DNA of 64,000 nt from Octopus sinensis. Lineage: Eukaryota. The position numbers and the translations under genes were made by a program. The stretch covers positions 76,694,001 through 76,758,000 of the forward strand of contig NC_043008.1 of the NCBI RefSeq assembly GCF_006345805.1, in the 5' to 3' direction. Below the pieces are notes generated by a model. That model was given only the letters and a program-made list of their open reading frames with translations. It had not been told where the DNA came from and ran no database searches. This document shows positions 27,172 to 39,140 of the stretch, piece after piece (within the stretch, counting starts at the first letter, position 1; each line of letters begins with the position of its first letter).

Positions 27172-28451
27172 TCGGGTTGGCAACTACGTTCACGCCGTTT
27201 TTTAAAATTTTGGAATTTATTGCGTTTTTAAATATTGGAATCTATTTTTTTTCGAGAATTCTATTTTGAATCATTTTGGAATTTATTTTGCTTTTTTTTC
27301 GTTTTTATCTAGTTAATTTTAGCTAATTTTTGTTTATTTTCAGATCATTAAAATGGAATGTCAAGTTAAGAAAAACGAGCATTTTCGACACCTCCTTTTT
27401 GCTTTTAATCAAGGTTCTAAGGCTGCAAAAGCTGCTCGCGACATTTGTGCTGTGTATGGAGATGGTGCCGTAGCTGAAAGAACCGCTCGTGATTGGTATG
27501 CCAAGTTCAAAAATGGTAATTTTGACCTCAAAGACGCACCTCGTTCTGGCCGACCAGTTGAGTTCGATGAAGAGCGATTAAACCAACTTTTGCACGAGAA
27601 TTCTCGTCAAACGACAAGGGAACTGGCAGAGAAAATGGAATGCTCACACACTGCTATAGAGAAGCATCTTCACTCGATGGGAAAGGTGTTTAGAAGTATG
27701 GAGCATGGGTTCCGCATGCTTTAAGTGACAACAACAAAAATCAGTGAGTCACAATCTCTGTTGGTTTGCTTGCTCGTCACCGCTCAAATCATGGACACAA
27801 GCAACGTTTACTTTACCGAATCGTTACTGGCGACGACAAATGGTGCCTGTACATCAATATGAAGCAGCGTAAAGAATGGCTTAGCCCCGGTAAACTAGCG
27901 ACACCGCGCGTGAAACAAGATCTTCATCCGCGTAAAACGATGTTGTGCGTATGGTGGGATTGGGAAGGGATTATCCATTACGAATTGCTTGAACGGAACC
28001 AAACGGTCAACGCAGAACTCTATGTTCAACAGATGGAACGACTCAACACACCTATTCCAGAGAAAACACCTAATCGGAAACATGGAGTTCTTCAGCTGCA
28101 CGACAACGCCACCCCGTCGTATCGCTAATATGACCAAGGGAGCCATTCAAACACATGCCTGGGAAGTGCTGCCACATCCGCCGTACTCTCCTGATTTGGC
28201 ACCAACGGATTCCCACCTCTCTCGATCTCTTTAAAATCTTATGCTCGGAGTTTCGTTCAATACTGATGCAGAATTGAGAGCTTGGCTGGATCAATTTTTC
28301 GAGTTGAAATCGGGTGATTTCTACTAACGAGGTATGGAAAATTTTGTTCAACAAGGGTGAATACATTATTGATTAATTAGTTGTTATTTTTTATTAAACC
28401 TTTTTAAAAATTTAAATTTAAAAAACGGCGGGAACTTAGTTGCCAACCCAA
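27172..28451 (+). mobile_element. mariner transposon nested in the Tc1 transposase, with TA target duplication
   Basis: TIR TCGGGTTGGCAACTACGTTCACGCCGTTTTTT vs AAAAAACGGCGGGAACTTAGTTGCCAACCCAA; TA at 27170-71 and 28452-53; 1280 bp. Confidence 0.93.
27353..28376 (+). pseudogene. mariner transposase pseudogene
   Basis: MECQVKKNEHFRHLL...PRSGRP; IVTGDDKW; WWDWEG; HDNA; HPPYSPDLAPTD (DD34D). Frameshifted. Confidence 0.92.
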
Positions 28452-29158
28452 TACAAGCAGATTCTTAGACAGCATGCCCGTCCACATCTCAGATCCTCGT
28501 CAGTTCAACCTCCTGTCTTCGTGCAGGACAACGCTCCCTATCACATTACGAAGGGAGTTAAAGAGTTTTTGAGTAATGAAGGGGTTGATCTCATGGACTG
28601 GCCGCCTCAAAGTCCCGATCTCAACCCTATAGAAAAACGTTTGGCAGATTATTGGAGATGGGGCATGAAGGAGAAATCCAAAGAACTAAGATGAACTCAG
28701 AGAATTATTGAAAAGCGAATGGAAAATTATTGATCCATCATTTTGCAAGAAATTAATTCAGTCCTATTATAACATATGTCATTGATAGTAAAAGGTTTCT
28801 TTTATAGTAAGAATTTCTTTTTTGTTCTTGTTCCATTTTTCATTTTTTTCCTAAGTGACCCTTAACTTTTGAGCGTTGCAGTTTGGAAGATTATTTGTTT
28901 ATTTCCTCATAACTTACGAAATATTTATTCCATTCATTTGAGATTTTCACGAAAGATAGACATTAAACATATCTAAATAGGTCTAAAATATCTAGTCTTA
29001 ATGTTTTGTTAATCTTCTATAATAAATATTTCAACACGCTTGTTCTTACTGACCCTTATATTATGGCCGCAGTTTTAGAAAAACACCATTGGTTTCATAT
29101 TTAGCGTGAACTAGACATATCTTCAGTTTCTTTAAACCATAACTGTTCTCCGCCAAAA

Positions 29159-29587
29159 TCTCTATATCTATAAACGTCTATGTATCTGTCTGTCTGTGTG
29201 TCCTTTATGCAAATCCACAGTTTTTCACGTAAAAGGCTCGCATTTTCTATGGGCTTTCAAAACTGTCTGAGGGTGGTCTTTTCATTTCCCCAGTCACCCC
29301 AGAAAGCCATTAAAAAATTCGATACACCGACCCCCTTTGCCCATAAGTTATTTTGCGGCTAAATTCGAGTTTTTCGCTTTCTTCTGATTTCTTTTTTGTC
29401 CGACTAATGGCATGTGCACAGTCCCACTAAATTTCCATGATTATGCCGTTCCAGGTGTGAAAACCGAAGTCCAATGAATATTAATTACTCTCATAAAAAG
29501 CTCCAACTAGCTCATAAACAACAAAACTGGCCCGAGCTGAAATGTGATAAGTAACTTAGACCCGGCAACGCCGGGTCATAATGCTGG
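29159..29587 (+). mobile_element. non-autonomous Helitron (~430 bp)
   Basis: A|TC 5' end followed by TCTG repeats; 3' perfect hairpin GACCCGGC-AAC-GCCGGGTC (29559-29577), then CTGG|T (CTRR). No TSD. Confidence 0.7.
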
Positions 29588-29699
29588 TGTTCTTTTTTTT
29601 TAAAACACAAATACACCAGTGATAGTTGAAGAAATATTCCTCTGAAAAAATTATGGCCGGGCGAGTTGTCTTCCTTCGCTTTTAACTACTTCTGTGTCT

Positions 29700-31320
29700 A
29701 CAGGGTCCCATTTTAAATTATGTAAGATAATAATGTAGAGTTGTCGCAAAGAAAAGAAAACAAAATGAAGGTTAAAGACCTTGTCATATTTCAAGATATT
29801 CGTTAGACCTACGAGCCGGGCGAAAATGTCATTCTTAGAGAACAACATCACACAAAAATATAGACGGGCCACACCACATACCTATTATAACATCAATAAT
29901 GAGGCTAAACGAATAACCACCAACCTAGACATCGCCGACAAGGTAGAAATACTAGCTAAACGTAATGATTTATTAACTATCAAGGATCACAAACCGAACT
30001 TCGCCTGATTAGCCCTGCCAAATCCGAAATTGGACTGGTGAGTAAACACATCCTAAGCAAGGTTAATAAAGGCATAAGGAAAGCATCTAATTTCTTATAA
30101 GGCATAAGGAAAGCATCTAATGGCATAATAAAGGCATAAGGAAAGCATCTAATGGCATATCACAATCCAGGTGTTACATTGGTTTGAGACAAAATGAAGC
30201 ACTTCTAGAGCTAAGTTCATAGAATTCAATATAGTAGACTTTTATCCATCGATATCGAAAATGTTACTTGATAAGGCATTATTATTTGCTAGACGAATTA
30301 CCGACATAAGTGATAGAGAAATAATTATGCACGCTAGGAAAACGCTACTATTCAACCAGGATTCAACCTGAGTCAAAATAACTGACCCTGGGTGCTCCTT
30401 CAACGTCGCGATGGGGGCATCATCTCTATAGTAGCCACTTTGGCTTATTGTGAGATGATGCCTTAACCATCTCCAAAGGTGCTAACGGCCACACATTAGA
30501 TAGGCTTAGAAAAGACATCATACACACCCTCAACAACCTTGGCCTTAAAATCAACATAGAGACTAACCTCACTGTAGTGAACTTCTTGGATGTCACACTT
30601 GATTTAGACACTTGCACCTACAGACCATACCGCAAACAGAATGATAGGCTATCATGCATTAATGCATCTTCCTGCCACCCACCCATAGTGTTCAAAGACC
30701 TAATAAAAGGTATCAGTAAACGGATTTCGATCTTATCTTCAAATAATGATATCTTCGACACAGCGGCTCCCACTTGCAATGAAGCGCTAGTGGCCAGTAG
30801 GATCAAGGACAATATAATATATACACCAGGATCGAGCAACCATAAAAGGAAACGCCACCGCAAGACCTCATGGTTCGCTCACCGCTTCTCCCTAAACGTC
30901 CAAACATGCGTAGGTAAGATTTTTCTGAGGTTGGTTGATAAGCATTTCCCGTGATCACACAAATATATAAATATCTTTGACAGACATGATTTAAGGCTCT
31001 TTCAGTTGTGCACCCATTGTTAAGAAAAATTACTTAGCACTCCTAAAATACGGACAGAGGCCGGTTGTTCATGCAGGATTAAAAATGAATGCCCAGTGGA
31101 CGGCCGATGTAACACCGAGGCTACTGTGTACCATGCAAAGGTAGCCTCAAACAGGAGCAGCACAAATATGAGTAACATCAATGCCAACACAGGGACACAC
31201 ACTAAAATTTACGTCGGATCTTGTGAATCCAAATTTAAAATTAGCCTGAACAACCACAGATCTTCTTTCCGGGTCCCGGGGAGAGGCAACACGACATTCG
31301 CAGCATACGTATCATAGGCC
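29700..31320 (+). mobile_element. Penelope-like element remnant (RT plus C-terminal GIY-YIG)
   Basis: TIKDHKPNF, PAKSEIG, NIVDFYPSI, RDDAL, NFLDVTLDL...YRPYRK, CSCRIKNECPVDGRC...TVYHA...IYVG...NNHRSSF. Many lesions. Confidence 0.88.
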
Positions 31321-31368
31321 TTTTAGCATCAAGGGAAAATTACTAGAAACTTGTGGAATTTGAAAGCA

Positions 31369-31503
31369 GTACGTAGCGGCAGACGAAATACCTATTTCTT
31401 TAGTACCCACAAGGGGCCAAACACAGAGAGGACAAACAAGGAGAGACAAACGGATTAAGTCGATTATATCAACCCCAGTGCGTAACTGGTACTTATTTAA
31501 TCG
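31369..31503 (-). mobile_element. SINE family B fragment containing the tail-to-B-box multimer junction
   Basis: Nearly identical to 52497-52630 (ACGTAGCGGCAGACGAAATACCTATTTCTTT...CGTAACTGGTACTTATTTAATCG). Confidence 0.8.
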
Positions 31504-31690
31504 CCTTTTTTTTCGCAAATAAAATAATTTGCAAGGCGAAGACTTCTTCAGCTTAGATTAAACATATATACACGAGGCAATCCAGTATATGCCCCGAAAT
31601 TATACATTCTAATTTTTCAAAATGTACAGCGCATGTGCAGCTCCTCGTGTGCGGCCCCTTGAGGGAAGTAAAGAAATAAGAAACGTTAGT
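31502..31690 (-). mobile_element. truncated inverted copy of the 20.4-kb hammerhead-bearing unit
   Basis: The minus strand reads GAGCTGC...AAAAATTAGAATGTATAA...CATATACTGGATT...CTAAGCTGAAGAAGTCTTCGCCTTGCAAATTATTTTATTTGCGAAAAAAAAGGCGA, then is cut by the SINE. Confidence 0.7.
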
Positions 31691-31775
31691 ATGTATGTAT
31701 GTATGTATGTATGTATGTATGTTGTATGTATATATGTAAATAATAAGGGCATTACTATACATAAATTCCTCATGC

Positions 31776-31810
31776 TAAGAGTGACTCTTAAAGTCAAAAC
31801 TACCATAATA

Positions 31811-31869
<59 letters not shown>

Positions 31870-32051
31870 AAGGAAAGTTTATAAAAAAAACAAAAGACGA
31901 AGGCAGGTGGTGTACAAACAAACAGATGTATTAGTATAGCGCTCAGGAATAGAAACAGTCTTATATTTCGAGCCTACGCTCTTCTACAGAAAGGTACACA
32001 GAAAAAAACAAGGAGAGAAAAAAATGTGTGTTGTGGCTTACCATAATAAAC

Positions 32052-32097
<46 letters not shown>

Positions 32098-32269
32098 AGA
32101 GAATTCACGAAAAAACACGAGACGAAGACAGTTGGTGTAGAAAAAAACACATGTAATAGTAGAACACTCGGGAATTGAAAAAGACTTGAACCTACGCTCT
32201 TCCACAGAAAGGAACACAGAAAGGAACAAGGATATTATATATATGTATGTATGTATGTATATATATAAT

Positions 32270-32305
<36 letters not shown>

Positions 32306-32332
32306 GTATATATATATGATAATATATGATAT

Positions 32333-32406
<74 letters not shown>

Positions 32407-32591
32407 GTTTATTATGGGAAGCCACAACACACATTTTTTTCTCTCCTTCGGTTTTTTTTCTGTGTACCTTCTGTATAGAGCGTGGCCTTCGGAATATAAG
32501 ACTGTTTCTATTCCTGAGCGCTATACTAATACACTCTTTTGTTTTGTACACCACCTGCCTTCGTCTTTTGTTTTTTTTATAAACTTCCCTT

Positions 32592-32641
<50 letters not shown>

Positions 32642-32821
32642 TTATTATGGTAAGCCACAACACACATTTTTTTTACTCTCCTTGTTTTTTTCTGTGTACC
32701 TTTCTGTAGAAGAGCGTAGGCTCGAAATATAAGACTGTTTCTATTCCTGAGCGCTATACTATACATTGTTTGTTTTGTACACCACCTGCCTTCGTCTTTT
32801 GTTTTTCTATAACTTTCCCTT

Positions 32822-32871
<50 letters not shown>

Positions 32872-32907
32872 TTATTATGGTAGTTTTGACTTTAAGAGTC
32901 ACTCTTA
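31776..32907. repeat. 1.13-kb foldback: two plus two ~230-bp (TA)n-separated units in inverted orientation, with a 38-bp perfect terminal inverted repeat
   Basis: TAAGAGTGACTCTTAAAGTCAAAACTACCATAATAAAC (31776-31813) is the exact reverse complement of 32870-32907. Units at ~31870-32050 and ~32096-32235 (-), and at 32405-32592 and 32640-32822 (+). Confidence 0.85.
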
Positions 32908-33045
32908 ATATATATGTGTGTATATATATGCATATATATGTGTGTATATATATGCATATAATATATATATATGTGTATATATATGCATATATATGTGTGT
33001 ATATATATGCATATATATATGTATGTATATATGTATGTATATATG

Positions 33046-33079
<34 letters not shown>

Positions 33080-33081
33080 TG

Positions 33082-33113
<32 letters not shown>

Positions 33114-33321
33114 GGTTTTAGTTGCCAATTTTGTACAAGACATTGTAGATCTTTAGCTGGGCTAAAAATTCACATTCGATCACAGCACCAGTAACAGTTA
33201 AGCTTCGTGCAATGGCCATACTCGATAACGTGAGGGCAGCCATAATGTATGTATGTATATGTGTATGCGTGTATGACATACTATTCAACCAGGATTCAAC
33301 CTAAGACATACTAATGACCAT

Positions 33322-35561
33322 ATGGACGCACAGTTCACTATAGCTAGGACCCAACTTAGACAGAGTTTAGAACTATACACTAAGAGACAGAGACAGAATA
33401 AGACAGAGGCCCAACAACTCGGGATAAAACCCACATGTGGCCTACGTAAGCTCATTCAGCGCACGAGGAATAGAGAGGTGGTATGCCTTCCCACAGATAA
33501 GTCCGGCAGGATGTCAATATATATATATATATTATATATAATATATATATATATTACCGAACTACATCCAGGCAATGCAGCCTCATATCGCCAATACAAA
33601 AGTAACAAATTTACAGGCCCACATGATGATGTGGACAGTTGTTCTGGGACCCCAGAAACGCACAGCAAACAATTTCCAAGCCTGGAACAACGATATCCCG
33701 GCACTGTATGGACTTCGCAAGGACCATAAAGTAACCACTGACCCTATAGCAGGACCACCAACAAGACCAGTCTTTGGAGCGAATATCGCTAGCAACTACA
33801 GAATTTCCTACTTCCTCTCAATGATCATACGCCCTATAATCCGGATGTCACCTGATATTTGTGACAGCACGGAAGATCTCAGCAGGATCAATGACTGTAA
33901 CAACACTTGTGACCTGACAGGATGTATAGTAGGTAGCATGGATGTGGTATCCCTATACCCATCGATCGACGTGGATTTTGCGGTGGAGATGATCAACGAG
34001 AGCAAGGTAGAGTTCCGCAATGTCAACATAGAGGAACTGGGCCTCCTACCTAGACTGACATGTGACAATGAATACCTAGATAAACATAATCTTAGTAGTT
34101 TCTGCCCCAGTAGATGTTTAAGAGGTAGACCACCCACAATTACTTCTATGGCTAGGAAGACCCATATAGAAAGATGGCGCGGATGGACCAGAGCCATACG
34201 GAGCCCCGCAAATATCCATCAGGTAAATAAAATGATCGCACATGCACTAGGAGCTAGTATAAGAGTTACCCTAAAAGGCCACACGTTTAAGTTTAACAGT
34301 AAAGCATATGCCCAGGACGAGGGGGCAGCCATCGGCGTTAGTATCGCTGGTGATGTGGCCAACCTTTTCATGGTATGGTGGGACAGAAGGCTTAAAGAAC
34401 GCCTAACACAGAACTCCATACTCGTAAACATGTACTCTCGCTATGTTGATGATATCAACATAGTGGTAAAGGCACCCCCACAAGAGAGTACTGTTGATAT
34501 AGTAATAGAAACTAATACTATGGAGAGCATCCAGCAAATAGTATTAAGGTCACAATAGACAACCCCACTAAACACCCCAACCATAGACTACCAGTACTAG
34601 ACACAGAACTCTGGCTAGAAACTGTGAATAATAAAACCCAAATCCTTCATTCGTACTATGCCAAACGTATGGCCTCAAAATACTTGATCCACCGGAACTC
34701 AGCCATTGCGGACAATGCCAAATTCAATATTTTGATGGTAGACCTCGTCAGAATAATGAGAAATGTGTCACGCATGTGCGAACCTACAGAGTTAAAGAGG
34801 CACATACAACATTTCATTCACCGCATGCAGTTCTCAGGTTACAGCCATAAAGAAAGGATCAGAGTATACAAAGGAGCCATGAAGAAATTTGATAATATAT
34901 TATGTAATGATAGGAATAGGATTTGCCCACTCTATAGGAACAAGTCATGGAACACTATAGAAAGGACAAAGAAGAAAATAGGGAAGGCCAACTCTTGGTA
35001 TGATAGCCATAAATACCAGAGTGTCATGTTCGTTGACACCAACCCTGGAGGTGAACTGGCGTACCGCTTTAGAAGGACCCTAGACAAACTTAAGCTAAAG
35101 ATTAAGGTTGTTGAAAAGCCAGGCAAACCTATCAAATCCATAATCGGTAGAACCTACCCTTTTAGTAGAACCCCTGTACGGATAGGTACAGTACTGTGTG
35201 TAGATTTAGCCCACAAAAAAACTGTAAAGCCAGAAATGTAGTCTATAGTATACGATGTATAGAGGGACGATGCAGTAACAAGACAACGACATACGTAGGG
35301 GAAACGGCTCGAAGCATAGGAGAGCGGATAAATGGACATTGGAGAGAACTTAAGGAAGGTAAAAGCTCATCGATTCTGTACCAACACGCCGAACAGGAAC
35401 ACGCGAGATCAATCAACAACATAGAAGTTGAAATCTTGTCCACACATAGAACAGATGCAACAATCAGACAAATTACAGAAGCTACACACATAATAGAAGA
35501 TAATCCTAGCCTGAATAGGAAACTGGAATGGAACACTAGCACCCACCACAACATATTGTAA
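33322..35561 (+). mobile_element. near-complete Penelope-like element (RT plus C-terminal GIY-YIG), frameshifted
   Basis: PTDKSGRM, LYGLRKDHK, PPTRPV, MDVVSLYPSI, GAAIG, RYVDDI, LPVLD, NVVYSIRC...TYVGETARSIGERINGH, LNRKLEW across ORFs 33322, 33575, 34624 and 35196. A (TA)n insertion sits near 33520. Confidence 0.92.
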
Positions 35562-35817
35562 CCATAAACTGGTTACAATATAAAAAAAACGAAAACGTAA
35601 TAAATTAAATACACATATAAATAAACAAATAGAAATAAATAATTATATAAGTTTTTTTGTTTAATTTAAAAGATTTTTAAAAATTTATTATTATTATTAT
35701 TACTAGTATTGTTGTTATACATACATATGTAATGATAATAATAATAAGTGGATGTAAACACATGAACAAAATAAGAATAAACAAAAACAACAACAACAAA
35801 AACAAATTACACGAACG

Positions 35818-36157
35818 TTCAGTTCCACTGCGTGGCACCTTGGGAAAGTGTCTTCTACTATAGCCTCGGGCAAACCAAAGCCTTGTGAGTGGATTTGATA
35901 GACGTATATATGTATATATATATGCGTGTGTGTATTTGTGTGTCTGTGTTTGTCCCCCTAACATCGCTTGACAACCGATACTGGTGTGTTTATGTCCCCG
36001 TTACTTAGCGGTTCGGCAAAAGAGACCGATAGAATAAGTACTGGGCTTATAAAAGAATAAGTCCCGGGGTCGAGTTGCTCGATTAAAGGCGGTGCTCCAG
36101 CATGGCCGCAGTCAAATAACTGAAACAAGTAAAAGAGTAAAAAGAAGTAAAAGAGTA
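35818..36157 (+). mobile_element. SINE family A, 5'-truncated
   Basis: From CAGTTCCACTGCGTGGCACCTTGGG to the GTAAAAGAG tail. Confidence 0.85.
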
Positions 36158-36639
36158 TATAAACAGAAGATACAAATATTACAGGCATCCCCCCCACTCA
36201 CATGTACTAACTAAACATAGACGCACATAGAGATATAAACATGCGCAAACGAAGACATACAATAGAAATACAAAATGGCTGACGGTTAGTAAGGAGAGAC
36301 ACAAATAAGAAAGAAGAAAACAAAGGACCACTGATGCGGTCACAGGAGTGTGACGAAAGAACTCTGGCCGAAATAAGATTAAGATTAATGTAAAAAATAA
36401 ATAACACTGAAGCAAAATAACACCAAATATATAGTGCGTGTGTTTTTATTGGCTAAACTGGCAAAATGACCATTCCGAAATATAACAATATCTGCTTCAA
36501 CCCACGACTTCACATAAAAAATCTTGCACAACAAATATATATATATATGTATATATATATGTTATATGTATATATATATGTATATATATATGTATATATG
36601 TATATATATGTATATATGTATAATATATATATAATATGT

Positions 36640-36676
<37 letters not shown>

Positions 36677-36865
36677 ATATGTATATATATGTATATATGT
36701 ATATATATATATATATATATGTATAATTGTATATGTATAATATATGTATATAAGTATATATATATGTATATATGTAATATATATGAATATATGTGTATAT
36801 ATATATAATGTGTATATGCATATAATATATATATATAATATATATTGTGTATATATATGTGTATA

Positions 36866-37028
36866 GGCGCAGGAGTGGCTGTGTGGTAAGTAGCTTGCTA
36901 ACCAACCACATGGTTCCGGGTTCAGTCCCACTGCGTGGCATCTTGGGCAGGTGTCTTCTGCTATAGCCCCGGGCCGACCAATTCCTTGTGAGTGGATTTG
37001 GTAGACGGAAACTGAAAGAAGCCTGTCG

Positions 37029-37061
<33 letters not shown>

Positions 37062-37284
37062 TGTGTGTGTGTGTGGTGTGTGTGTGTGTGTGTGTTTGTC
37101 CCCCTAGCATTGCTTGACAACCGATGCTGGTGTGTTTATGTCCCCGTTACTTAGCGGTTCGGCAAAAGAGACCGATAGAATAAGTACTGGGCTTACAAAA
37201 AGAATAAGTCCCGGGGTCGAGTTGCTCGATTAAAGGCGGTGCTCCAGCATGGCCGCAGTCAAATGACTGAAACAAGTAAAAGAG
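36866..37284 (+). mobile_element. SINE family A, full length
   Basis: Head GGCGCAGGAGTGGCTGTGTGG, B-box-like GGTTCAGTCCC, tail GGCGGTGCTCCAGCATGGCCGCAGTC. Confidence 0.9.
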
Positions 37285-37342
37285 CATATATGTATATATA
37301 TATGTATATATATATATATATATGTATATATATAATATATAT

Positions 37343-37470
<128 letters not shown>

Positions 37471-37807
37471 TATATATAATATATACATATCTAATGTAGG
37501 ATAAAACTTTTTTCGAAAAAAATTATTTTCGAAAAAAAATTTTATCAATGGCCAACATATTAAAAAATACCTTTAAAGGTTAAATTTATAAACAATTCAT
37601 AGATAATGGTAAACGAAAAAATTTCTAATGCCAAATATGCCGAAAAATTGGACATATTGTCCATTAACCATATAATTTTTACACAATACGCACGCTACTC
37701 GATAAAAGGTGATCAGAAATTTCTAAAAAATTCCATTATTACCATATCGGACCGATTTCAGGGTTAGCTTATAACAACCCTCCCTTCGTTTGCCCTTATC
37801 TATGAAT

Positions 37808-37910
<103 letters not shown>

Positions 37911-38007
37911 ATATATATATGTATATATGTATATATGTATATGTATATATGTATAGGTATACATATATATATATGTATATATGTATATATATGTAATATT
38001 ATATATA

Positions 38008-38792
38008 TGACAAGGTGGATCATGGTATGATATGCCACAAACTGCGTGACCTCGGCATAGCTGGAAAACTTGGAGTGTGGTTACAGGACCTCCTGAAAGA
38101 TAAGTGTCAGGCAGTAGTGGTTAATGGAGCCACCTCTATGAACACCCAAACAGTGAGCGGTGTTCCACAGGGCACTGTCTTGGGACCACTGCTTTTTATA
38201 GTGGCCCTCTCAGATACGCCCTCAAATGCCTGGATAGCCACTCTTGCAAGCTATGCAGACGATACGAAAGTCTCGCAGAAAATACAGAACCCCAGCGATG
38301 TTGCACACTTGCAGCAGGAGTTGGTCTCAATCTACAGATGGGCTGAGGAAAATAATATGCAGTTTAATACTGAAAAATTCCAGGTCCTGCGCTACCAGCA
38401 TCTAAAACTGAATATGAAAATTACAGGATACACTGGTCCACGTGTGAGGGACCTGGGTATCGACATGAGTGATGATACCTCTTTCCAAGTGCTTCAGGCC
38501 CAGCTCTGCAACAGCCTGGGTTTCAAGGGCCCACAGCTTTTTAATATTCTCCCAAAGAGTCTGAGGAACTTGCACAAAGTAGATGTAGCGGTTTTTAAAT
38601 CAAAGCTGGACATCTTCCTGTCAAGAGTCTCAGATGAACCTGCCTCACGGCAAGCGGTGCAAATGAGAGGAGCTGTATCAAACTCCATTCTTCACCAAGT
38701 GCCACATATTAGACGAGGTTCATCACAATAACAGTGTAGCACAAAACGGCGGTACCTCAGCATGGCCGCAGCTCTGAGCTGAAACTAGAAAA
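38008..38792 (+). mobile_element. CR1-group LINE 3' fragment (RT motifs B'/C, internal deletions)
   Basis: ORF 38015-38731: GVPQGTVLGPLLF, YADDTK, FNILPKSLR...PDEP-like; 3' tail GGCGGTACCTCAGCATGGCCGCAG. Confidence 0.88.
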
Positions 38793-38965
38793 ATATATAT
38801 ATATATATATATGTATATATATGTATATGTATGTATATATGTATGTATATATATTTGTATAGATATATATGTATATGTATGCATGTATATATGTGTATAC
38901 ATATATATGTATATATATGTATGTATGTATATATATGCATACTTATATATGTATATATATTTATG

Positions 38966-39002
<37 letters not shown>

Positions 39003-39015
39003 TGATATATACATC

Positions 39016-39053
<38 letters not shown>

Positions 39054-39140
39054 GTGTGTGTGTGTGTGTGTGTGTGTTGTGTGTGTGTGTGTGTGTGTGG
39101 TATATGTGTATGTGTGTATATATATTATATATACAAAAAT

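Larger units (their letters stand above)
26231..29073 (+). mobile_element. Tc1-like (DD34E) transposon with long IR/DR-type TIRs, split by a nested mariner
   Basis: ~190-bp inverted repeats at 26231-26420 and 28845-29045. Transposase fragments from ATG 26514: GRPRKL, KKPLISKKNQRARLRFA, FSDES, GGSVMVWG, and after the insertion QDNAPYH...WPPQSPDLNPIE. Confidence 0.88.
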
